This document shows, piece after piece, positions 1 to 9,914 of a DNA stretch of 64,000 nt. The notes beneath the pieces are model-generated. The model searched no databases, was not told the DNA's origin, and saw nothing but the letters and a program-made list of their open reading frames with translations. The position numbers and the translations under genes were made by a program. Origin of the DNA: an uncultured Methanoregulaceae archaeon (GTDB lineage: Archaea; Halobacteriota; Methanomicrobia; Methanomicrobiales; Methanospirillaceae); the NCBI GenBank assembly GCA_963701095.1, contig OY969564.1:2496001-2560000 (forward strand), given 5' to 3'. Each line of letters starts with the position of its first letter. Positions within the stretch are counted from its first letter, which is position 1.

Positions 1-412
1 TTGCATTCCCGGTACGGAACCTGAAAAAAAGGGGCGAAAGCATGACCGCGACCCCGATCAGGTGCAGGATGCCGAATATGACATACCCTTCATGAAGATA
101 CCACCAGGTTGCAACCGTTACCAGAAGCCCGCAGCAGAAAATGCCTGCACCCCGAAAGACAAATTTTTTTACCAGTGCCGGGCCATTGAGGCGGGATACT
201 GCGCGGGCGTGGCTTATCGAAAGTGATATCCCAACAATTAGCAGGAACAGTGAGGCTGTTGCATAGGCAAAAAACCGCCAGAATCCATCAGTAACATCGA
301 ACGGAACAATCTGGAAAAACGCAAGATCGAAAATGGTATGAAAAAGGATCATCATCACGATGGCGATACCCCGGAAAAGATCTATTTCGGGATATCGTGC
401 CGTGCCGCTCAT
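1..412 (-). CDS. DUF1624/HGSNAT-like membrane acyltransferase-family protein (3' end outside window)
   Basis: Manual translation from ATG 412: MSGTARYPEIDLFRGIAIVMMILFH...GILHLIG, the D-x-x-RG-x-A...H motif with hydrophobic helices; not in the ORF track because it is truncated. Confidence 0.8.
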   Translation of the reverse strand, partial: MSGTARYPEIDLFRGIAIVMMILFHTIFDLAFFQIVPFDVTDGFWRFFAYATASLFLLIVGISLSISHARAVSRLNGPALVKKFVFRGAGIFCCGLLVTVATWWYLHEGYVIFGILHLIGVAVMLSPLFFRFRTGNA

Positions 413-532
413 GGATACAGGTACAATCGCTCCCGGACTCTGATATGTGTTTGGAAGTACGGTATCCCCCTGTGGCTTACTCAGGCCTTTCTTGCTGAGG
501 GCGAACAGGTGATAACAGGTACCCGATCCCCA

Positions 533-1555
533 TTACAATTGCATTTCGTTATGGATTTTTTGCACCTTAAGGTCCATCTTGCTCATCGTCATAATCATCT
601 CGTCAATTACCCCGGATATCTTTTGAATAACAGGATCGTTGTCCTTTTTTTCATCCTTTATTACAACCCCCAATCTGGCAAGCAACTGTTCATAATTTGC
701 CTGCAAGGCTCGTAATTGCTGTTCATGTGCCTTCTCCCGGGTAATATCCTGCAGGATCACTGCCACATATCGTGTGGTTTCTTCAACGAGTGGGAAACGT
801 ACCATGATATATGTTTTTTGAGCGTCACCAACCATGATCGCCTTTTCTACCCGGGTAATCTGCCTGGTTTCCATGACATCTTTGTATTCCCGGGCGCTAC
901 CCAGGTATGATCCAGGAACGCTTCGGAAGAAATCTTCGTCAAACCACGTTCTTGTATATCCCATTTTCAGGAAAAGCCGCTCAAGCGCCGTGTTAATGTA
1001 CACGGGCCGCAAATCGGCACTAAGAACCAAAACCGGAGTGTCCATAACGGTAAGGATCATCTTTTCAAAATCTTCAGGCACATGTGGTTTTCTTTCCGGG
1101 GCATGATAATCGGTCACGGGCTGTACTGAAGAAGGTATTTCCTCGTTTTTCGCAGCAATTTCTTTCTGTATCAGACGGTGTTTAAAGAGGGCAATCTGGA
1201 TGGTGGAATGCAGATCCCTTTCGCGAAACGGTTTGATAAGGTATCCGTATGGGAGGGTTTTCCTCGCCCGTTCCAGTGTTTCATTGTCCGAGTGTGCAGT
1301 GAGGTACACTATAGGGATTTTATATAACCGGTTGATCTCCTCTGCTGCTGCAATCCCGTCTTTTTCTCCCTGGATCCTGATATCCATCAGGATCAGTTCA
1401 GGTCTGCTCTCACCGGCCATGCGTATAGCGTCGTCAGCGGTGCAGACGGAACCTACTACTACATATCCCATTCTCTGCAGGGTTTCTTCAAGCGTCATTG
1501 CGATGATAGCTTGATCTTCTACAACCAGAATTCGTGTTTCTGCTTTCGTTTTCAT
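533..1555 (-). CDS. Response regulator (receiver + PAS-like domain + coiled coil)
   Basis: ILVVED...ILMDI...YLTA...YLIKPF receiver motifs; C-terminal PAS-like segment ending QDIT. Confidence 0.9.
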   Translation of the reverse strand: MKTKAETRILVVEDQAIIAMTLEETLQRMGYVVVGSVCTADDAIRMAGESRPELILMDIRIQGEKDGIAAAEEINRLYKIPIVYLTAHSDNETLERARKTLPYGYLIKPFRERDLHSTIQIALFKHRLIQKEIAAKNEEIPSSVQPVTDYHAPERKPHVPEDFEKMILTVMDTPVLVLSADLRPVYINTALERLFLKMGYTRTWFDEDFFRSVPGSYLGSAREYKDVMETRQITRVEKAIMVGDAQKTYIMVRFPLVEETTRYVAVILQDITREKAHEQQLRALQANYEQLLARLGVVIKDEKKDNDPVIQKISGVIDEMIMTMSKMDLKVQKIHNEMQL

Positions 1556-1748
1556 AAATCTTGTATTCCCATATATCAGTCTCCACTAATAAACCGGGAA
1601 TTGCAGTTTCAAAAAATGAAACTACGTAAAAGTGTGTTGGATTGGGGATGATTCATACCACTGTGACAAAGCAGTATTATCCATCGATGCCGTTTACTTT
1701 ATTTTTCACAAGTAATTCAGAGAAAAGGTTTGAGAAATCCGGATTTTA

Positions 1749-2243
1749 TTACTGCATATCCGCCATCTGCCTGGGCGTCAGTAACCATTGGAGATCACCG
1801 GAGGGTTTACGATCAAATGAATACGTTCGGATTTTTGCCATCCCTCCCTTTGTAAGAATAAGAGAGGCTGTGTCGCCACCGGTAATTATGGTTCCAATAA
1901 GACCGGATAACGCAGGCTCATGCCCGACGAGAATTATTGCCGCATCTTTGTCATACTGTGCAACGTGGGAAAACAGGGTTTCCTGGTTGCCTCCAGGGGA
2001 AAGTTCGTCCCAGACCTCAAGACGGCCCTTTTCTTTGAGGGTCCTTGCCACGATCTCCGCGGTTTCGTATGCGCGTGTGAGGGGGCTCGTCGCAATTACC
2101 TCAAACCGGATTTTTTTCGACCGTATCCATCGTGCTACTTTTCGGATATCGCTTCGCCCCTCAGAAGTAAGCTTCCGGTCACTATCTTCGGCACGATTGA
2201 ATGACTGCCCTGCTTTCCCGTGGCGGAGTATGTAAAGATCCAT
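1749..2243 (-). CDS. sixA: Phosphohistidine phosphatase SixA
   Basis: LYILRHGKA, SPLTRAYETA and LVGHEP histidine-phosphatase motifs. Confidence 0.9.
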   Translation of the reverse strand: MDLYILRHGKAGQSFNRAEDSDRKLTSEGRSDIRKVARWIRSKKIRFEVIATSPLTRAYETAEIVARTLKEKGRLEVWDELSPGGNQETLFSHVAQYDKDAAIILVGHEPALSGLIGTIITGGDTASLILTKGGMAKIRTYSFDRKPSGDLQWLLTPRQMADMQ

Positions 2244-2380
2244 GAAGAAACCCTCCTTTGTCTTTATGAGTCAATCTCACGTTCACACGTATTTTCTTTT
2301 CTCCAATGGGGCTTTATGTCATTTTTAATCATTGCCAATCTTTAGGGGGAATCTCCTCGGCATTGGACGTTTTCCATCCG

Positions 2381-2869
2381 TCACTTTTTGTTATCCCCCT
2401 CGGCTTTTGAAAACAATTCTGCGAAACGTTCCATGGATTCAACAGCGCCACTCTCCATACCCGACTGGAGCGTGTTTTCCCTGTCACCGACTGTTTTGAA
2501 AAGAACCATATCGATAACCAGGGTCTTGCCATCCTGATCTTCCAGCGTCAACGTTTCGATCAGTTCGTGCCCCGGCATTCCTTCGTATTCGAACGTAGAA
2601 ACGAGTCTCTCGGGAGGAACGACCTCCCGGTATATACCATGAAAAGCGTAGGTATTGTTATCGGAATCCCGCTGGACAAACCGCCAGGTACCTCCCGGTT
2701 TTGTATCCATTTTATCGACTGTGGTCGTAAGACGTTTCGGGCCCCACCATTTTGGGATGAACCGGGGATCGGTTATAGTCCGGAACACAAGATCACGTGG
2801 CGCATCGAAAACTCGTGATATGACAATTTCTTTTTTTCCAGGTTCTGCAACAAACCGGGTTTTTGCCAT
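2381..2869 (-). CDS. SRPBCC/AHSA1-like ligand-binding protein
   Basis: ISRVFDAPRDLVF...KWWGP...GGTWRF...PPERLV pattern. Confidence 0.85.
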   Translation of the reverse strand: MAKTRFVAEPGKKEIVISRVFDAPRDLVFRTITDPRFIPKWWGPKRLTTTVDKMDTKPGGTWRFVQRDSDNNTYAFHGIYREVVPPERLVSTFEYEGMPGHELIETLTLEDQDGKTLVIDMVLFKTVGDRENTLQSGMESGAVESMERFAELFSKAEGDNKK

Positions 2870-3285
2870 AGTAGTCCACTGTGCTGAAGATAACGATATA
2901 GCTTATTATCATGATATTCCGGAAGGGGTTTTGTGTCACACTCGATACATTGTCCGAAATGTCCCGAAATAAAAATAATCACGAAGATAAGGAAAAAGAG
3001 CCGGGCATGTGGGTCTTATGCCCGGGGAAGCTCAATGGAATCTCTGGGTGCTTTCCTGTTGACCGTGCTGGTACGGTCAAACCCTGTGAACCGAATATGC
3101 ATAAAAAAGTCGTGGTCACTTTCTATTTTTTGGAACTACGGTTAGATTAATTCTCTCTTATCGTCAGAAAAAGAAATAATGGTCGTGATAGATAAATACA
3201 CATCTCTCTCGTGGCATTCAGATCCTGTAATAATCTGTCAAAATAGGAAACAGAACGTCTGAATAATCCCTAATGTCCGTTGGTC

Positions 3286-3359
3286 ATTTTCAAAATATGT
3301 TATAAAATCTGACAATCAGACAAGACTCTATTAAACGGCAGTTTGAATCAACTAATCGG
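3286..3359 (+). promoter_or_regulatory. Upstream regulatory block duplicated in front of both paralogues (second copy 3897-3971)
   Basis: ATTTTCAAAATATGTTAT is identical at 3286-3303 and 3897-3914; similarity continues through AGACAAGAyTCTATTAAA up to the GTG starts. Confidence 0.6.
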
Positions 3360-3713
3360 GTGAATGAAATGATAACATCGACAGAAATGCAAGCCAGAAT
3401 TCAATCTGCGGGAACGTATGGATTGCCACAAGTGGCCGGGAATGAACTGGATGAAATTGCCATGTTCCATAAATTCTTATCCATGCATGTGCGGCGTAAC
3501 CGGATTAAAAGCGTTCAGCGTGCATTGCTCTGGTCGGAATGGGTCCGGTTTCACCTGAAACAGACAAATACGTTTCCCCGTTATATATTCGAAAATGAGT
3601 TTGATAACATAATGACGGGAAAATTAAATATCAACGTTGTGACCGAGGATTTTTTCGGGCACATGTACGATGGCATTCAGTTTATCTCAGGGGAGACTTC
3701 TAAAAAGAAGTGA
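3360..3713 (+). CDS. Small hypothetical protein, possible winged-helix domain (paralogue 1)
   Basis: Clear paralogue of 3972-4367 (shared KFLSxHVRRNxIKSVQRxLLWSEWVRF...FFGxMYxGIQFI). Confidence 0.75.
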   Translation: MNEMITSTEMQARIQSAGTYGLPQVAGNELDEIAMFHKFLSMHVRRNRIKSVQRALLWSEWVRFHLKQTNTFPRYIFENEFDNIMTGKLNINVVTEDFFGHMYDGIQFISGETSKKK

Positions 3714-3971
3714 ACGTTGGATTATTCAAAAACTGGTGAGCACCGCCGCATGTAAAAGATGGCTCCATTATTGTTTAGGTGCGATCACGTTTCTTGGCGA
3801 TCGCGTTGTATATTCTATATGTCGAAAGATCACCAATTTTGACATCATTCTGATTTTCGGGCGGTAGAACATCCGGATTATAAATATATGGTGGCAATTT
3901 TCAAAATATGTTATTTATTTTGACAAATAGACAAGATTCTATTAAAAGGCAGGTTTAGATCAACCAATCAG

Positions 3972-4367
3972 GTGATTACCATTATCACATCGACCGAAAT
4001 GTCAGCCAGAATTCAATCTTCCAAAATGAACGGAATAACGGATTTGAACAATAAAGAATTGGATGAAATGTCTTTGTTCAGTAAATTTTTATCACAGCAT
4101 GTTCGGCGTAACCAGATAAAGAGTGTTCAACGGATGCTACTTTGGTCGGAGTGGGTCCGATTTTATCTGAAAAAGACAAACACGTTTCCCGACCAGATAT
4201 GCGAGCAGGAATTTGACGAAATAATAACGGGGAAATTAAATATTAACGTCGTCAGTGAAAATTTTTTCGGGCAGATGTACTACGGAATTCAGTTTATCCC
4301 GGGAGATCATGGCGAAACGAGTGAAAACCAGTGGTGGGATTTCCATACTGTCGTCAAAGCTTCGTAG
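3972..4367 (+). CDS. Small hypothetical protein, possible winged-helix domain (paralogue 2)
   Basis: Tandem duplicate of 3360-3713 with the reading frame conserved. Confidence 0.75.
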   Translation: MITIITSTEMSARIQSSKMNGITDLNNKELDEMSLFSKFLSQHVRRNQIKSVQRMLLWSEWVRFYLKKTNTFPDQICEQEFDEIITGKLNINVVSENFFGQMYYGIQFIPGDHGETSENQWWDFHTVVKAS

Positions 4368-4412
4368 CGAATGTTTGCGGTTTCCATGTCCCAATCCATG
4401 AGGGATTTCTGA

Positions 4413-5513
4413 ATGTCCGGCGAATCGATTCTCGTTGTAGAAGATAACGGAATCATCGCACTTGAGATTGGAGAAATGCTGGAGAAGCACGGGTACCGGT
4501 TGTCCGGCACTACGGCATATGGTGAAGATGCAGTGCAAACAGCGGAGAAAAATCCACCTGATCTTATTTGCATGGATATTGAGTTACAGGGAGAGATCGA
4601 TGGCATTGAAACTGCCCGGATGATACATGAACACGCCGATATACCTGTTATTTACCTGTCTTCTTACGCAGACAAAAAACACGTTAGCCGGGCAAAAGAG
4701 ACTACGCCTTACAACTATATTATCAAGCCTTTTAATGAAGAGGACCTTCTTTTATCCGTAGATCTGGCACTTCACCGGCATGCAATCGATCAACAGATTA
4801 AAGAGACTATTATAGAAAGGGAGCGTGCGGAGAAGGCATTACTTCAGGCGAACAAGCAACTTAACCTTCTTTCCAGCATTACACGGCACGATATAACCAA
4901 TAAACTGGCGGTTTTACAAGGGTATCTCACTTTATTGGAAAAGAGCAGGCTCGATCCCCCGTTCGATGAGTATTTCCAGAAGGCCAAAACATCAGCAAAC
5001 CAAATAATCTCAATGATTCAGTTCACCAAGGAATATGAATCGATTGGAATCAAGGCTCCGGTCTGGCAGGATTGCCGTAAACTTGTAGTCACCGCGATAA
5101 AGAAATCCACTTTTAAGAACATCCTGGTGATAAACAATATTCCCGCCGGAACAGAAGTATTCGCCGATGCTCTTGTGGAGAAGGTCTTCTACAACCTTAT
5201 CGAAAATGCTTTTCGGTATGGTGGCGGAAAAATGACACAGATCCAGTTCTTTACTTCTGGTACGGATAAAGGGCTTATCATCGTATGTGAAGATAACGGG
5301 AATGGGATCAGCAAAGAAGACAAAAAACATCTTTTCGAGAGAGGATATGGGAAAAACTCCGGGCTTGGCCTTTTTCTCTCCCGTGAGATTCTCTCTATTT
5401 CGGGAATTTCTATTACGGAAACCAGCGAACCCGGCAATGGTGCCCGGTTCGAAATTGTCGTACCGAAAGGAATGTACCGGTTTACCGACGCTTCATGCCT
5501 GGAATGTGAGTGA
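4413..5513 (+). CDS. Hybrid receiver-histidine kinase
   Basis: Receiver, then H-box ITRHDITNKL, N-box NLIENA, and G-boxes EDNGNG/GLGL. Confidence 0.92.
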   Translation: MSGESILVVEDNGIIALEIGEMLEKHGYRLSGTTAYGEDAVQTAEKNPPDLICMDIELQGEIDGIETARMIHEHADIPVIYLSSYADKKHVSRAKETTPYNYIIKPFNEEDLLLSVDLALHRHAIDQQIKETIIERERAEKALLQANKQLNLLSSITRHDITNKLAVLQGYLTLLEKSRLDPPFDEYFQKAKTSANQIISMIQFTKEYESIGIKAPVWQDCRKLVVTAIKKSTFKNILVINNIPAGTEVFADALVEKVFYNLIENAFRYGGGKMTQIQFFTSGTDKGLIIVCEDNGNGISKEDKKHLFERGYGKNSGLGLFLSREILSISGISITETSEPGNGARFEIVVPKGMYRFTDASCLECE

Positions 5514-5796
5514 TTAATTAAAAACTTCGCGCTCGTTGATATCGAAATCCGGGAAAAAGTCATTTTAGGATAATGACACGGAGAAATCTTATAGCATTTT
5601 TTTACTACCGCCACCGCGTTGTAAGGGTTTTTGTTGTAAACGGTAATTTTCTCCTTTCAAGATTACGCTGCTATTGTTGAGCATCTTCATCCCTTTACTT
5701 AAAGAAACAGATCTCTTTTTATTGGTGACTGACGGCTAAAAACTACGAAACAAACGAATTTTTATTTCTTCAAAAAATGGAATGGTGCATTAACTC

Positions 5797-7500
5797 ATGT
5801 CGCTACCTGAAGAAAGCACCCCGAGAACGAAGAAACTCCCGATTCTCCAAGGGATTCTTCCTCTCAAAATATCACAGGTACCTTGGGATATTATTGCCGG
5901 GATAACTTTAGCGGCGCTTGCAATTCCACAGGTAATGGGATACGCAAGAATCGCCGGAATACCTGTCGTCTTCGGTCTGTACACCCTTCTGATTCCTCTG
6001 GCAGTGTTCGCGATTTTTGGAGCTTCCCGCCATCTCGTTGTCGCAGCAGATTCTGCAACCGCTGCCATCCTTGCAGCCGCCCTTGTGACTATGGCTCTCC
6101 CCGATTCGCCCCAATACGTTACTCTTGCAAGCATGGTTGCGTTACTTTCTGCGGGATTCTTAATTCTTGCATATCTCTTTAAACTCGGTTTTATCTCAGA
6201 TTTTCTCTCCCGAACTGTCCTGATTGGGTTTTTAACGGGAGTCGGGATACAGATTGCGTTGAGTCAGATTGCCGGGATGTTTGGAGTTTTGCAAGTGGGG
6301 AGCAACCCCCTCATTCAGATCGTAAATTTGTTCACCGAAGAAATCAGCAGTATGAATGAATTCACGATTTTACTTTCACTCCTTGTCCTTGCTATTATTC
6401 TGGGGGGTAGAAGAGTTATGAAAAAAGTGCCCTGGCCTTTCCTCGTAGTCATTGGGACTATTATCGCAAGCTGGGCTTTTTCTTTTGAAAGCTATGGCAT
6501 AAAAACGATCGGCTCTATTCCTGCGGGACTGCCCGTGCTTGCATTTCCAGCCGTCCCCCTTGATAAAATCCCCGATCTTCTTGGTGTTGCTGCTACCTGT
6601 TTCGTAGTGATTCTCGCTCAAAGTGCAATAACATCGCGGGCATATGCAATACAACACGGAGAACACTTTGATGATGAAGGAGATCTTGTAGGGTTGGGGC
6701 TTTCAAACGTGGCAGCCGGTATATCGGGCACTTTCGTTGTCAACGGAAGCCCGACGATGACTGAAATCACTGACAGTTACGGTAGTATGTCACAGCTTGC
6801 CCAGCTTGTTGCGGCTGGCGTAGTTCTCGGAGTATTATTATTTTTTACCCCACCTCTTTCCTATCTGCCCAGTGCAGTACTAGCGACCATTGTGTTTGCC
6901 ATCGGTGTTCACCTCACCGATCTCCAGGGTATGAAAAATCTGCTTGACCGTCGTCCCGTTGAATTTATGGTGGCGCTTGCAACGGCACTGACCGTGATCT
7001 TTGTCAGCGTGGGATGGGGCATAGCTCTTGCGATATTGCTCTCAATGCTAGCCCACCTCCGTCATAGTTACCATCCCCGGAACTTTCTCCTTGTCGAATC
7101 ACCAAACCGGGGGTGGGCATTAAAATCTATCGAATCCGGAAGCCTGGCTGCACCGGGACTTGCGATATACCAATTCGGAGCAAACCTGTATTATGCGAAT
7201 GAAGAACGGTTCATAAGTGATATTCTCGAAATCGTGAAAAATGCCGGCCCGTCGTTGAAATGGATCTGCATTTCGGCGTTATCCATTCAGGATGTAGATT
7301 ATTCCGGCTCTGAAGCTCTTAAGCAGATTATTAGCGAACTCAAAAAACGGGGTATAGTTCTCGTCCTGAGCAATGTAGAAGAAGCGGTAAAACGTCAATT
7401 GGAACGCGACAAAATTATTGATCTTATCGGAAAGGAACACTTCTTCGAGTTCAACAAAGATGCCTTGGTAACGTATCGAAAAATAATGGGAATCTCCTGA
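5797..7500 (+). CDS. SulP/SLC26 anion transporter with STAS domain
   Basis: DIIAGITLAALAIPQVMGYA signature, many TM helices, C-terminal STAS (DVDYSG). Confidence 0.93.
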   Translation: MSLPEESTPRTKKLPILQGILPLKISQVPWDIIAGITLAALAIPQVMGYARIAGIPVVFGLYTLLIPLAVFAIFGASRHLVVAADSATAAILAAALVTMALPDSPQYVTLASMVALLSAGFLILAYLFKLGFISDFLSRTVLIGFLTGVGIQIALSQIAGMFGVLQVGSNPLIQIVNLFTEEISSMNEFTILLSLLVLAIILGGRRVMKKVPWPFLVVIGTIIASWAFSFESYGIKTIGSIPAGLPVLAFPAVPLDKIPDLLGVAATCFVVILAQSAITSRAYAIQHGEHFDDEGDLVGLGLSNVAAGISGTFVVNGSPTMTEITDSYGSMSQLAQLVAAGVVLGVLLFFTPPLSYLPSAVLATIVFAIGVHLTDLQGMKNLLDRRPVEFMVALATALTVIFVSVGWGIALAILLSMLAHLRHSYHPRNFLLVESPNRGWALKSIESGSLAAPGLAIYQFGANLYYANEERFISDILEIVKNAGPSLKWICISALSIQDVDYSGSEALKQIISELKKRGIVLVLSNVEEAVKRQLERDKIIDLIGKEHFFEFNKDALVTYRKIMGIS

Positions 7501-7603
7501 AATTGTTCGATGGATCAAAAAGAGAAGTCCCATAAAATTTGTTGGAATCGCCACTCCGACGGCTTTTCAACAATATTTAAATAAAAAGGGAAAACAGTGA
7601 GGA

Positions 7604-7840
7604 TTGATGGCCATGGACCGAAGAAAAGGGATCGAGCGTTGTCTCTGCCGGGAGTGCCCGACTTTTGTTGATTGTAAAGAAGAGGTCGCGTATTGTCTGG
7701 GAAATACCGGAAAGAGCACCTGTATAATGGAAGAACAGGGTTGCCTCTGCCCCGGATGCCCGGTACTTGAAGAAGAGGGATTTTCGTATGTCTATTACTG
7801 CACCAGAGGAACCGAAACAGACCAGCTTGCCCCCAGGTAA
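7604..7840 (+). CDS. DUF2769-like Cys-rich protein (possibly the N-terminus of the next gene)
   Basis: CLCRECPTF..C....YC...GKSTC...GCLCPGCPV...YYCTRG pattern. Confidence 0.7.
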   Translation: MMAMDRRKGIERCLCRECPTFVDCKEEVAYCLGNTGKSTCIMEEQGCLCPGCPVLEEEGFSYVYYCTRGTETDQLAPR

Positions 7841-8621
7841 GGTCTGGAAATGTCACGTATGCGGATTCATCTACCGGGGTGAGAGTCCTCCGGAAGAATG
7901 CCCGCAATGTGCCAGTACATACCGTGAATATGAAGAAATTACCGATACAAAGAAACTCAGGTATGACAGGGAAAAATTCGATGTCCTTCTCATCAACGGC
8001 AGCAATCACCGGGCGAATAATACCGGGTACATGGTTGATCTCATCGAAGAGGTCCTCAAAGAAAAGGGCGTGAGTTACCGGCGATATAACCTTAATGAAT
8101 TCACTATTAACCATTGCTGGTGCTGTTACAGTATGCGGGACAATGCATGCAGGTATCCATGCCGTGACCAGCTGGATGATATGCCGGCGTTCCATGAGAT
8201 GATCATCGCTGCAAAGGGAGTCATTGTTGCCTCCCCTATAAACTGGAACAATATGGCAGCACGGCTCAAGGATTTCCTCGACCGGTTAAACTGCATCCAG
8301 AACCTCTACCTGTTAAAAAAGCCGGGATTAACGGAAGGTAAAATAGTGGGTATTACGGTTTCCGGTCATGAAGATGGTGCGACGAAAACCGCGATGGACA
8401 TTTACCTCTATTTTCAGCAGATGGGGTATATTCTCGCACCTTTCGGCATCTCATACCGCACGCACGGGGCACAGTTTAACACGAATACTGATACGGAATA
8501 TCTCAAGAGTGATCCACTTGTGAATCAAAAAGTCAAAGGAATGGCTTACAACGTAATAGAAATGCTATCTCTTGATATTGAAGGAAAGGTGAAAGGGAAA
8601 CTGGTACCTGTCTGTGAATGA
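7767..8621 (+). CDS. Rubredoxin-like domain + iron-sulfur flavoprotein (FMN reductase fold)
   Basis: WKCHVCGFIY...CPQC; LINGS..NT; CWCC...C...C cluster motif; ASPINW...LKDFLDR. Confidence 0.85.
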   Translation: MKKRDFRMSITAPEEPKQTSLPPGKVWKCHVCGFIYRGESPPEECPQCASTYREYEEITDTKKLRYDREKFDVLLINGSNHRANNTGYMVDLIEEVLKEKGVSYRRYNLNEFTINHCWCCYSMRDNACRYPCRDQLDDMPAFHEMIIAAKGVIVASPINWNNMAARLKDFLDRLNCIQNLYLLKKPGLTEGKIVGITVSGHEDGATKTAMDIYLYFQQMGYILAPFGISYRTHGAQFNTNTDTEYLKSDPLVNQKVKGMAYNVIEMLSLDIEGKVKGKLVPVCE

Positions 8622-8643
8622 TGTTAGAACCCCATTTTCCGAC

Positions 8644-8763
8644 TCATGAATAGGGATGGATGCGATTAAACAGCCAGACTTTCACGATATCATTTACTAC
8701 AAAGAAGAAGAGCGCGTAGCCCCATACAAGGAGTGCGAGGAACACACCGATAGGTGATAATAA
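8644..8763 (-). pseudogene. 3'-terminal remnant resembling a proton-efflux P-type ATPase
   Basis: Manual translation LLSPIGVFLALLVWGYALFFFVVNDIVKVWLFNRIHPYS* resembles the last TM helix of P3A H+-ATPases; no room upstream for the rest of the gene. Confidence 0.5.
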
Positions 8764-8845
8764 CTTCTCGGGAATTATGTAACCTTCTCTAACTTATTAC
8801 GTCGAAAAAATTCATATTTTATTGAATTTTTCCTATTAGTACCGA

Positions 8846-9473
8846 TCAGACTGTTTCAGATATCATGAGTTGAGAGCTAGCGGAATTCGTAAGCGAGGCA
8901 CCAAGGGAAAATCCCTTATTATAAGCAGTATTGAGAAGATCTTGACGGGTTGTTATATCTTTGATCCTGTCCATATTGCTGATGAGTAATTCGTCATAAT
9001 ACGGGCTATCGATGATCTCGAAAAACGCCCGGGCCGTTTGTTTTGTTCCGTTGAACACACCGGGAATATCCATTCCGGAAAGACCGATAAAGAGACTTTT
9101 CCTTTTCTTTTTGAGCGCCGGCGAGACAAGAGGCTCGTTCCGGAAGTACTTCGCCATGTAGAAGACCTGAAACCGGTCGATAAACGATTTGAGGTGCCCG
9201 GGTATCCCCATCGTCATGACCGGTGTGGCAAGGATCAGGCTATCCATAAATGCAAACTTTGGATAGATCGAGATCATATCGTCGTTCAAGAGACAAGTAT
9301 CATGATCCTTGCAATAATAAATCTCCTGACAGACTCTGGATGTCCAGACCGATTACATCGATAAGCTCTACTTCACAGCCGGCTGCCTTTGCTCCCTCAA
9401 GGGCCTTATCGAGCAACAGGGCGGTATTGCCTTGCGGAATCGGGCTCCCCAGAATCCCAATGATCTTTGGCAT
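8846..9473 (-). CDS. Flavodoxin-family/iron-sulfur flavoprotein (frameshift near 9330)
   Basis: From ATG 9473: MPKIIGILGSP..GNTALLL..ALEGA; after the shift CQEIYYC...C..NDDM...ATPV...LKSFIDR. Confidence 0.8.
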
Positions 9474-9548
9474 ACGTGAAATTGAGAGGAGGAGTGAAAT
9501 TATAGTTTTGTATAGGTACGATAATCAAGTGGGATTGATACTGAACAA

Positions 9549-9914
9549 TTACCTTTGGAAGATCTTCTCTATTGCAGCGAGAAGATCTTTTTCCAAATAT
9601 GGCTTGCCGAGATAACCACAGGATGATATGCTTTAACCTCTTCGATTTTAATTAAATTCACATATGCAGTGAGAAATGGGATCAGGATATTATACCGTTG
9701 CGGATTTTCCGGGCAGTTCGACTCCATCAGGAGAACCAGCAAGCCCGATGTCCATAAGGATAAGATCAGGTTCGGGGATTTTTCGAGTGCTTTAAGCACC
9801 ATCTCACCTGAATATATGGGGCCAATAATCTTGTATCCGGCATTTTCCACTGTCTCAACAATGTGGAGGGATGAGACCGGTATCTTCTACAATCTGGACG
9901 GTTTGCCCGGTCAT
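9549..9914 (-). pseudogene. Degenerate stand-alone receiver domain
   Basis: Pieces MTGQTVQIVED, ILMDIGL, IPFLTAY and GYLGKPY fall in several frames; several lesions. Confidence 0.65.

Noticed and set aside
2911..3150. Short ORFs upstream of the duplicated genes
   Set aside because: No motif, RBS or other support
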